This document shows positions 18,896-26,760 of a stretch of 64,000 nucleotides of DNA, piece after piece. Origin of the DNA: a bacterium (GTDB lineage: Bacteria; Vulcanimicrobiota; JABDET01); assembly GCA_021800275.1 (NCBI GenBank), contig JAJYZB010000004.1, positions 83,634 to 147,633 on the forward strand, in the 5' to 3' direction. The notes under the pieces were generated by a model that saw only the letters and a list, made by a program, of their open reading frames with translations, was not told where the DNA came from and did no database searches. Each line of letters begins with the position of its first letter. Positions within the stretch are counted from its first letter, which is position 1. Position numbers and translations under genes: made by a program.

Positions 18896-19785
18896 TATTT
18901 CAAAGCCTTTGGAAGATGCTCTTGCAGTACCCTAAAAGCCTGGGCTATAGGCAGTCCGAAATGGGGGATAACCGCCCCAATGATCGTGCTGACAGGAGGT
19001 GTAATAAAAGGATGAAATCCTTTGTAAAAGTTTGTAAAAGCATTTTTTTCAGACAACTCATTCCTGTTTTGAATCAAAACTTGACTGAACTCTTCCTCTA
19101 ACTCCTGATTCCAGAAGGTGGTATATTCAGAACCATATTTATGAACCATTTCTCGGATCTCTCTATCTGTTAACGCTTTAATTTTTTCCGAGATGGGTCC
19201 AACATTAGATGGATTGGCATATTGATTCATAATCTCTAAATTGGCTTTTGGCGCTCCCTTGCCCGGTAATCTTTTTAAAATTTGATAACGAATTCCCTTC
19301 TGGAAAGCCAGTCCGTAATCCCCTGACAAAACGGTTCCATCTTTTTTCATGAAAATATTGCTGTTATTAATAATTGTATCAGGGTCACCAAGCCAACCCC
19401 GCACAACACACTGGGCAACCGCTTCATTCGGATTCTTAATCTTTTTCACCGAAGTTTCCCAGAGGGTTGAAAGATCGGGAACATACGGACAAATCACTGC
19501 TTTTACAGGAGGACAACCTTCTCTCTGAGAAATCCCTTCCTGATAAGGGATCCCTGCAAGTTTAAATTCATCCGCTAAAATATGAGAAGCCACAACCTCT
19601 TTTGCAATCGCTTCATTCACTTCTGATGAACTTAGCGGCCGATGGCCGCTCCCATACGTGGGAGATTTAACAACATATAGTTTTCCATCCTCTCCTTTTG
19701 CTTTTTCTGCGCCGTTGGCGCCGCCCCATTTAGCATCCGGATTAGCCGCTCTCTGATTCAAAGAATGGACTGTCAATAGATTCAC
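18895..19785 (-). CDS. kinase-fold paralog 2
   Basis: Same motif set (GANGAEKAKGEDGKLYVVK; WLGDPDTIINNSNIF; GDYG). The start is set at GTG 19785, preceded by GGAGGT and overlapping the paralog 3 stop (GTGA). The track Met at 19824 would overlap paralog 3 by 43 nt. Confidence 0.65.
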   Translation of the reverse strand: MNLLTVHSLNQRAANPDAKWGGANGAEKAKGEDGKLYVVKSPTYGSGHRPLSSSEVNEAIAKEVVASHILADEFKLAGIPYQEGISQREGCPPVKAVICPYVPDLSTLWETSVKKIKNPNEAVAQCVVRGWLGDPDTIINNSNIFMKKDGTVLSGDYGLAFQKGIRYQILKRLPGKGAPKANLEIMNQYANPSNVGPISEKIKALTDREIREMVHKYGSEYTTFWNQELEEEFSQVLIQNRNELSEKNAFTNFYKGFHPFITPPVSTIIGAVIPHFGLPIAQAFRVLQEHLPKALK

Positions 19786-20699
19786 TTCTGACCTCCTTTT
19801 ACTGTACTTTTCTTTGGAAAACAATTTTCAAGAGCTCGCAAAGCTTCGGCTAAAGGAGCTCTAACATAAACACTGGCTGCGCCGATAAGGGAGCTGAGAG
19901 GGGGTTTAATGAAAGGATGAAATCCCTTATAAAAACCCTCAAACACATTTTCTTTCCTCAATTCATCACGGTTATCCCTCAGCACCTGGGTAAACTGATC
20001 TTCTAATTCTCTGTTCCAAAAAGAAGTATACTCTGTCCCATATTTATGCACCATCCCACGAATCTCTCCGTCGGACAAGTTCCGAATTTTTTCAGCCATA
20101 GGCGACACATTAGAAGGGTTAGCGTATTGATTCATGACCGTAAAGTTAGCTTTTGGAAATCCCTTAAAACGAGGAAATGAAACAGGTCGAAATCGTATCC
20201 CTTTTTTAAAAGCCTCGCCAAAATCTCCCGCTAAAACGGTTCCATCTTTTTTTACAAAAACATTGCTGTTATTAAGAATCGTTCCCCATTCTCCAAGCCA
20301 TCCTTTTACAATGCACTGAGAAACTGCCTCCTGGGGATTCTTGATTTTTTCCACAGGAATCTCGCAGAGAGTGGCAAGATCAGGAACATAAGGACAGATC
20401 ACCGCTTTTTCAAGATGACCTTCTTGACTTTGAACTAATCCCTCCTGGTAAGGAATTCCAGACAATTTAAATTCATCCACCATAATATGAGAAGCCACAA
20501 CCTCTCTCGCAATTGCTTTTTCTACCTCCAATGAAGTCAAAGGATGGCGATTTCTGCCATATTGGGGAGATTTAAAAACATAAAGTTTCTGATCCTCACC
20601 CAACGCTTTTTCCGCGCCATTTCTACCTTTCAAATAAGCCCCAGGACCTGCAGCAGGCTCATGGAGTGGATGGACACGCAAAAGTTCAATTGAATTCAC
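19782..20699 (-). CDS. kinase-fold paralog 3 (putative catalytic Asp replaced: GEWGTILNNSNVF)
   Basis: Same architecture (GRNGAEKALGEDQKLYVFK; GDFG). The start is probably GTG 20699 after AAGGAG. The track start at 20714 is a TTG. Confidence 0.6.
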   Translation of the reverse strand: MNSIELLRVHPLHEPAAGPGAYLKGRNGAEKALGEDQKLYVFKSPQYGRNRHPLTSLEVEKAIAREVVASHIMVDEFKLSGIPYQEGLVQSQEGHLEKAVICPYVPDLATLCEIPVEKIKNPQEAVSQCIVKGWLGEWGTILNNSNVFVKKDGTVLAGDFGEAFKKGIRFRPVSFPRFKGFPKANFTVMNQYANPSNVSPMAEKIRNLSDGEIRGMVHKYGTEYTSFWNRELEDQFTQVLRDNRDELRKENVFEGFYKGFHPFIKPPLSSLIGAASVYVRAPLAEALRALENCFPKKSTVKGGQK

Positions 20700-20773
20700 A
20701 ACTCTCTCCTTCAATAAATGTCATTCACCAAAAAATTCATATTGATTTATCTCTCACATCAATACACGTTCAA

Positions 20774-20802
20774 AGTATAGCGAAAAGAAATACCTAATTC
20801 AA
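20774..20802 (-). promoter_or_regulatory. candidate sigma-70 promoter for the kinase-like triplet
   Basis: The minus strand reads TTGAAT-N17-TATACT (-35 at 20802..20797, -10 at 20779..20774), about 75 nt upstream of the paralog 3 start. Sequence match only. Confidence 0.3.
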
Positions 20803-20941
20803 TTAAAAAAATGTTACCAATTGGACAGAAACACCTATGCCTCTTTACTCATGAGAATTTGCGGGTATTCTTGCGCCACCCTTCAGCAGGAAAATCAAAC
20901 TTTCATAAACCATTCGGGCTGCAGAGCGCCCCTCTAAGACT

Positions 20942-21784
20942 CTAGAGAATTGATGCTTTTTGGAAAGAAACTTGGGGAGCGATTTTCTTCAGCAATTCTT
21001 TAATCGTTTCTTCTTGACTGATCGCAGCTCCATTTTTTTCTAGCAGCCGCGCTTTTTTTATGCTCCCAAAAGGCTGGCCGTCACAAACAAGGGATATAAG
21101 AGCAGTATGCAGGGGAGAAAGACTTGGATTAAAAGCAGAATTTTCAATATAGCTGCCAACATAAACTTTTCTGTCTTTTGTCATTAAAGCAAGCCCTGAA
21201 GGGGATTTTGAGTAAGGGGAATAAGAAGCCTTCACGCCTCTCAGGGCAGCGAGCCATAGATCCTTATTTCTCAGCCTGGCAGGCAAAAGTTTATCAGAGG
21301 CTTTACGGTCGAAATTTTGAAGAGAAGAAAAAAAAACTGTGCTTTCACCTTGCAAAGAAAATTTGAAGGAATAAGGAAAAAGACGGGAAAATTGGACAGC
21401 TTTCCCATTGGAAATTAAAACTTTCAATCGGGAAGAATCTTTCCCAATCTCAGAAATCCACTGCCTGCAGCAGCCGCATGGTGGAGCAGTAACAGCAAGA
21501 AAAAGAAGCTTTTTCTCCCCATGATTCAAGGCATTGATAATGCCAAACTGTTCAGCATGAATGGTTTGGCTGAGGGGAACTCCAGCGAACTCTAGATTAA
21601 CTCCCAGATAAATATTTCCGCTTTCCCCTAAAAAAGCCGCGCCTACTTGATAATGAGAAATTGGAGCCATTCCTTTTTTAGAAATATCGAAAGCAAATTT
21701 TTGCATCTGTTTCTCTTTTGAGTACCCCGACCTTATCTGACTTTGCAAAACTCTTTCCCTGGAAATAAAAAAAGGATAAATCAT
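20942..21784 (-). CDS. cdd: cytidine deaminase, two-domain (homodimeric) type
   Basis: First domain has zinc ligands HAEQ and PCGCCRQW. The second domain is degenerate CDA-like (SPYSKSPSG...YIENSAFNPSLSP). Its ATG overlaps the upstream gene's stop (ATGA at 21781-21784). Confidence 0.75.
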   Translation of the reverse strand: MIYPFFISRERVLQSQIRSGYSKEKQMQKFAFDISKKGMAPISHYQVGAAFLGESGNIYLGVNLEFAGVPLSQTIHAEQFGIINALNHGEKKLLFLAVTAPPCGCCRQWISEIGKDSSRLKVLISNGKAVQFSRLFPYSFKFSLQGESTVFFSSLQNFDRKASDKLLPARLRNKDLWLAALRGVKASYSPYSKSPSGLALMTKDRKVYVGSYIENSAFNPSLSPLHTALISLVCDGQPFGSIKKARLLEKNGAAISQEETIKELLKKIAPQVSFQKASIL

Positions 21785-23832
21785 TTTAAGGCCGTCCCAG
21801 GATAGTAATGCTGCAGTATCTCCTGGAAAGAAAAACCTTTTTCCGCCATGCCTTCAGCGCCATATTGACAGAGTCCAACCCCATGCCCCCATCCCCCTCC
21901 CATAAAAGTTACTGTACGAAGTGTTCCCGCAGAATTTCGTTTTTGATTGATCACAAACAAAGTGCTCGGAAGCCCCCCTAATCCGATGACTCCTTCACTG
22001 AAAAGCCAACGAATCTTATCTTTATGAATTTTAAAATCCCCTCGATTCGTTTGAATTTCAAGAGTTGTGACTCGCCCAGAGGTGGAGCGGTGGAGCACTT
22101 TGAATCCTGTGATCACACCTATCTTTACCTTTTTGTTTAAAAGCTCGGAAAGAGATCTTTTAAACAAAGAATCCAGTTCTTGTACAGAATAAGTTTCTTT
22201 CCATCGGAAGCGGCCTGAATCTTTGCAGTAACTGTTAGGAGGATGCAGCAGAAACTCTCTCACTCCTCTGTTCGTGCTTAAATCTTCTCGTATCGGTTCA
22301 GGACCATCCACAACTGATTTGAGATAAGGAACAGGGGAAACATTCCAGACATTCTGAATCGCTGCTGTCACTCCTCCGCAGGTAGAAAAATAAGGAAGAT
22401 AAGCAAGTCTCCCATGATAAACAAGGACCTTCCCCTCGGTTTCAGAAACCGCGTTTCTTGAGGAAGCGGATTCATCTTTAACTCCACTGTAAACCTGACA
22501 GGCAGGAGTTGAACAAAGTTCGTATCCTTTGAACTTTTTCTTATGCATTTCTTTCAATGCATACGTACGCGCAACAACAGCCATAGCGTCAAGGGCTTGT
22601 TTTCGAAAATAAAAAGGAACCTCATCGGGAATAACTCCTGCCAGATAATCTTCTAGAGGCAGAGAATTAACCAGAATCCTTTTCCCTCCCATATCTTTTA
22701 AAATCAATGCACCACGCACCGCCAAAAATTTAAAGGCGGCGTCGGGAATTCGATTTCCGCGCCACAAAACGACTTTTAAAGGATAGGCGGGATTTGAAGG
22801 AACAAAATAAAAACGATGCCCCTTGCGCCCTGAAACTGAGAACCCACTCGAAGTCGTTTGGAAAGCGATCTTCCAATTGGATCTTGCATTTAAAAATGCC
22901 CATTTTCTGCTGTTTTCAACTCTAAAAGGGGCAGCACAAGTAATATACCCTGAGCGAACAGAATAGGGAAATCCAATTTCTATCTTGCTCCTCGAACTTT
23001 TGCCATTCAAATTTCTAACTTCTGGGAGTCCAGCAAGGCGCGGGAGATGAGGATAAACCGCGCGAGAATAGGGGGTAAATTTGGCAATCCCTAAAACCAA
23101 ATGGTTCATTAAATCAGCTATTAACTCTCTAACCATTGGGCTGTTGGAATTTTCAGGGTCAAACAAATTTTCTCCCGAATAAATAGCCGTTTTTTGTTTA
23201 TTTTCAACAAGAGCTGCATCCAATCGTTTAGGAAGACTGAAGGTTTTTTCATTGTCGTTCAGCCAGTAGGCTAGAATTCGATCTCCTTTTCGGGTTTGAA
23301 CATAAACCGCGTGATTTCTACCTAACTGAATGGGGAATCCACCCAATTCTTTCTTCAAACCCATAAAGCCAGCTTGAGGTGGTTCTGTTTGATAACTCAA
23401 AAAATCAACTCCTAAAATAGAAGCAAGGCGAAAATCATCTTTCCCATGAGGAGCTTGATCCTCTTTAGTGTGTAAAGAAGTAAACCCTAAAGCCAGAACT
23501 TTCCCTCCATTTTTTACAAAAGTCCTCACATCTCTAACCTCTCTTCGCGACATATCCACTGCATTTGACAGAATCAAAAGTTGATAAGACTTAAGGACTG
23601 AGAGACGGAATTGAGAATCGCGTAAAACTTTATAAGAAACATGAAGAGAATTTAAAGTCTGCAGCATCCCTTTGATTTCCCAATCGAAAAAAATGGGATC
23701 AGGACGATTTTTCTTCGTGTAATCACTGTACAGAACAATGGCTTTAGCCGGTTTTCGAGAGAAGAATGGGAAAGCTCCTAGAACAGAAAAAAACGAAACT
23801 GCAGCTGCTAACAATAAAATCGTTCTTTTCAT
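21781..23832 (-). CDS. SpoIID/LytB-domain protein with a long N-terminal extension
   Basis: Signal-like N-terminus MKRTILLLAAAVSFFSVLGA. C-terminal SpoIID hallmarks: YFSTCGG, GGGWGHGVGLCQYGAEGMA. The ~380 aa N-terminal region is unassigned. Confidence 0.8.
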   Translation of the reverse strand: MKRTILLLAAAVSFFSVLGAFPFFSRKPAKAIVLYSDYTKKNRPDPIFFDWEIKGMLQTLNSLHVSYKVLRDSQFRLSVLKSYQLLILSNAVDMSRREVRDVRTFVKNGGKVLALGFTSLHTKEDQAPHGKDDFRLASILGVDFLSYQTEPPQAGFMGLKKELGGFPIQLGRNHAVYVQTRKGDRILAYWLNDNEKTFSLPKRLDAALVENKQKTAIYSGENLFDPENSNSPMVRELIADLMNHLVLGIAKFTPYSRAVYPHLPRLAGLPEVRNLNGKSSRSKIEIGFPYSVRSGYITCAAPFRVENSRKWAFLNARSNWKIAFQTTSSGFSVSGRKGHRFYFVPSNPAYPLKVVLWRGNRIPDAAFKFLAVRGALILKDMGGKRILVNSLPLEDYLAGVIPDEVPFYFRKQALDAMAVVARTYALKEMHKKKFKGYELCSTPACQVYSGVKDESASSRNAVSETEGKVLVYHGRLAYLPYFSTCGGVTAAIQNVWNVSPVPYLKSVVDGPEPIREDLSTNRGVREFLLHPPNSYCKDSGRFRWKETYSVQELDSLFKRSLSELLNKKVKIGVITGFKVLHRSTSGRVTTLEIQTNRGDFKIHKDKIRWLFSEGVIGLGGLPSTLFVINQKRNSAGTLRTVTFMGGGWGHGVGLCQYGAEGMAEKGFSFQEILQHYYPGTALK

Positions 23833-23952
23833 GCTGAAAATTTCAAATCTTATGACAGACCTCCTCCAGGCGCAGCCTAAAAAAATAAAAACCTTTTTAC
23901 GAATCAGCAGCCATAAATTAACAATTTATTAATGCAGTTAACTCTAACAGTG

Positions 23953-23981
23953 TTGATAACCTTTAAGAATTCTGTTAAAAT
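23953..23981 (+). promoter_or_regulatory. candidate sigma-70 promoter
   Basis: TTGATA (23953-23958) - N17 - TAAAAT (23976-23981), about 45 nt upstream of the AGGAG RBS and ATG 24028. Confidence 0.3.
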
Positions 23982-24027
23982 TAAATCAAGCTAAACACAC
24001 AGCACAAGATAAAGGAGACGATCAATT

Positions 24028-24888
24028 ATGTTGACAATTGGCAGTGGTTTCGGAGGAGCAGGATTAATCAGCCCTGAACTCCAATTTCCTTCTCAAGCCA
24101 TTGGTTCAACTGGGTCAAGCTGTCCCTGCTGCTCAGAGGGCGGTTGCAGCCCTGCAGGTTCAGGTGGTTATGGCGCAGGGTCACCCAATTCATCAGGATC
24201 TTCAAATCCAGCCCAGCTTAATGCAGAATTAGAAATGCTTTTAGCAGAATTAGCCATGCTTTTAGCCCAGCAACAAGGCGGGCTTTCCGGAGGATCAGGC
24301 TCAGGCGGATATGGCGGCAGCGGTGGTTATGGCGGAATGAATCCACTGGGTTCTGTCGGCGGTTCAGGCGGGTATGGCGGCGGCAGCCCTGTAGGTTCAG
24401 GCGGATACGGCGGTTCTCCTGTCCAAGGAGGCAGCGGCAGTTATGGTGGACCCAATTCTTCGGGTTCTGCTGGTCCCCTTACTCCAGCTATTGGTCAAGC
24501 TCCGCAAAATGCAAAAGCAATGTATAATTTCTTCACTTCTCATGGTCTTTCTCCTTACGCAGCATCCGGAATCATTGGAAATATCGCTCAGGAATCCGGT
24601 GGGAATCCCGAGAGCGTCGGTTCAGGAGGAAATGGATTGATTGGATGGACACCTCCTCTCCCTAATGCTGTAACAGGCAACCCACAGAGAGATCTCAATT
24701 ATCAATTGAACGCTGTGATGCAGTACATCGGTCAAAATGGATCTGTTGCAGATATCAATGCTCATGCCAGCAGCCCTGCTGCAGCTGCAGCGTACTTCAT
24801 GAACAATTACGAAAGACCTGCTGTGGCGACAGAGAATGCCTCTCACAGAGAAATGGCGGCCAATGCTACTGCCCAACTTTATGCATAA
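24028..24888 (+). CDS. Gly/Tyr-rich low-complexity protein with C-terminal phage-tail-lysozyme-like domain
   Basis: RBS AAAGGAG. The N-terminal half has SGGYGG repeats, a CPCCSEGGC cluster and a duplicated AELEMLL/AELAMLL heptad. The C-terminal motif ASGIIGNIAQESGGNPESVGSGGNGLIGWTP matches my memory of the phage tail lysozyme family. No signal peptide. Confidence 0.6.
   Translation: MLTIGSGFGGAGLISPELQFPSQAIGSTGSSCPCCSEGGCSPAGSGGYGAGSPNSSGSSNPAQLNAELEMLLAELAMLLAQQQGGLSGGSGSGGYGGSGGYGGMNPLGSVGGSGGYGGGSPVGSGGYGGSPVQGGSGSYGGPNSSGSAGPLTPAIGQAPQNAKAMYNFFTSHGLSPYAASGIIGNIAQESGGNPESVGSGGNGLIGWTPPLPNAVTGNPQRDLNYQLNAVMQYIGQNGSVADINAHASSPAAAAAYFMNNYERPAVATENASHREMAANATAQLYA
24286..24450 (+). repeat. 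imperfect tandem coding repeats (GGYGG units)
   Basis: Repeated ggcggatayggcgg / ggttcaggcgg units encode SGGYGG five to six times. Confidence 0.7.
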
Positions 24889-24925
24889 GCTGTTTAAATG
24901 ATAAGTGTTTGGTTCATCATTTTCA

Positions 24926-26659
24926 TTACTTTCTTCTGAAGAGCTTGTGGACTTCATCAAGCGTAAATTTAACAAGGATGGGTCTTCCATGAGGGCAAAA
25001 ATACGGATTAGAAGATTTTAGAAGCCTCTCAAAAAGAGAAGTTATTTCTTGAGGAGAAACTTCGTCTCCAGCTTGAATAGAAGCCCGACAGGCTATCATC
25101 ATTAAAATCTTCTTGCGGATGCTTTTTTCATCTTTTGAATCTTCCAGATTTTCAACTTTCTCAAGAAATGAAAGAAAAAACTTTTTAGAACCTAATTTTT
25201 CTAGCCCGAGAGGCACTGCTCTCAGAAGAACTGTCCCCTGTCCAAAACTTTCTACTTCAAGACCGACAGAGTGAAAAAAAACTTGATGCCGGTGAATCAA
25301 ACCTGCTTGATGCGCAGAAAGCTGAACAGGTATTGGAGATAGAAGTTCCTGAGAGGGACAAGAGGATTCTCTCAGCCTGCACTCCAGAAGATCAAAATTC
25401 AATCTCTCATGGGCGCCATGCTGATCCATCAGAAAAAGCGTTTCCCCCTCTTGAAAAAGCCCATAGGTTCTGGCCACAAAACTTAAAAATTTGGGATGAA
25501 AACTATCAGTCAACGCTTTATGGGACTGATATTCCCCTTTTTCTTCAAACCATGTTAATGCAGGTACAGTAGTTCCAAAATTAGATGGATAAGCAGAATG
25601 CTGCATCATCTCAAAGGAAGATTGGGATGGAATGATTGAATAAGATTGAAAATGAGCCCTGGTTCCTTCTTGAACTTCTCTTAATTTTAAAGCCACGCTT
25701 TTTTCAATAAATCCGTAAACTTCTTTAGCATTAGAAAAACGAACTTCTGTTTTGGCAGGGTGAACATTAACGTCCACCCACTTTCCTGGAATTTCTAAAA
25801 ATAAAACTGCCGCGGGAAATTTGCCTGCTTCCAAATATCCTGAGTATCCATCCACAACGGCGTGACTCAGAACACCTGGTTTAATGAAACGTGAATTGAC
25901 ATAAATTAAAATTAAATTGCGATTTGATTTTGAAAAAAGAGGAGCTCCAATCAAACCCGATAATCTTAAATAGCCCTGTGATGCTTCAATTGGAAAAAGC
26001 TGAAAATCAGGGGATTGAGGAAACAGCTTCAAAAACCTTTGCTGCAGAGGCTCCCCAGCCGCTAGAGTTTCATAGATCTTCCCGTTTTTTTTCAATTGAA
26101 ACCGAATGGGACATCTGACTAAAGCTAATTTGCTGACCAAATCCAGGGAGGCGGCTTCCTCTGTCTGCGGAGATTTTACAAATTTCTTTCGAGCGGGCAG
26201 ATTAAAAAATAGATCCCTAACAACCACTCTAGTCCCATCTTGCGGAGCCGCAGAAATGATCTTCTGAATTTCCCCGCCCTCACATAAAATTCTTGTCCCT
26301 CTGTGTCCTCCTTTTTCTCCTGTCATCAATTCAATTCTCGAAACAGCCGCAATACTTGACAAAGCCTCCCCGCGAAACCCATACGTTTGAATCTCTTCTA
26401 AATCCTCGAAGGAAGAAATTTTGCTGGTCGAATGTCTCTGCAGCGCCAGAGCAGCATCCCCTTCATCCATTCCACATCCATTGTCAGAAACAAGAATTTG
26501 TTCCAAACCTCCCCCATAAAGCTCAATGTCAATTCTGTCGCTTCCAGCATCCAGCGCGTTTTCAATCAATTCTTTAACGATGGAAGCGGGCCGGTCCACA
26601 ATCTCCCCAGCCGCGATCTTTTCAACAACAGAAGGATCTAAAAATCTAACTTTCCCCAT
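24926..26659 (-). CDS. mutL: DNA mismatch repair protein MutL
   Basis: GHKL ATPase N-terminus IAAGEIVDRPASIVKELIENALDAG, GFRGEAL; C-terminal dimerisation region ACRASIQAGD, CPHGRP; 577 aa. Confidence 0.9.
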   Translation of the reverse strand: MGKVRFLDPSVVEKIAAGEIVDRPASIVKELIENALDAGSDRIDIELYGGGLEQILVSDNGCGMDEGDAALALQRHSTSKISSFEDLEEIQTYGFRGEALSSIAAVSRIELMTGEKGGHRGTRILCEGGEIQKIISAAPQDGTRVVVRDLFFNLPARKKFVKSPQTEEAASLDLVSKLALVRCPIRFQLKKNGKIYETLAAGEPLQQRFLKLFPQSPDFQLFPIEASQGYLRLSGLIGAPLFSKSNRNLILIYVNSRFIKPGVLSHAVVDGYSGYLEAGKFPAAVLFLEIPGKWVDVNVHPAKTEVRFSNAKEVYGFIEKSVALKLREVQEGTRAHFQSYSIIPSQSSFEMMQHSAYPSNFGTTVPALTWFEEKGEYQSHKALTDSFHPKFLSFVARTYGLFQEGETLFLMDQHGAHERLNFDLLECRLRESSCPSQELLSPIPVQLSAHQAGLIHRHQVFFHSVGLEVESFGQGTVLLRAVPLGLEKLGSKKFFLSFLEKVENLEDSKDEKSIRKKILMMIACRASIQAGDEVSPQEITSLFERLLKSSNPYFCPHGRPILVKFTLDEVHKLFRRK

Positions 26660-26760
26660 TTCTGAAAAGTTAACATCCTAAGGATTCTCTCCTTGTGAAT
26701 AAGCTGTGGAATTTACCGCAAAATCAGCCGTTACCGCCTTAAATACGGCAGTGAAGGGTT

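Noticed and set aside
24889-24925. Bidirectional terminator between the lysozyme-like gene and mutL
   Set aside because: The only hairpin is an AT-only 7-bp stem (AAATGAT…ATCATTT) with a 13-nt loop. That is too weak to call.
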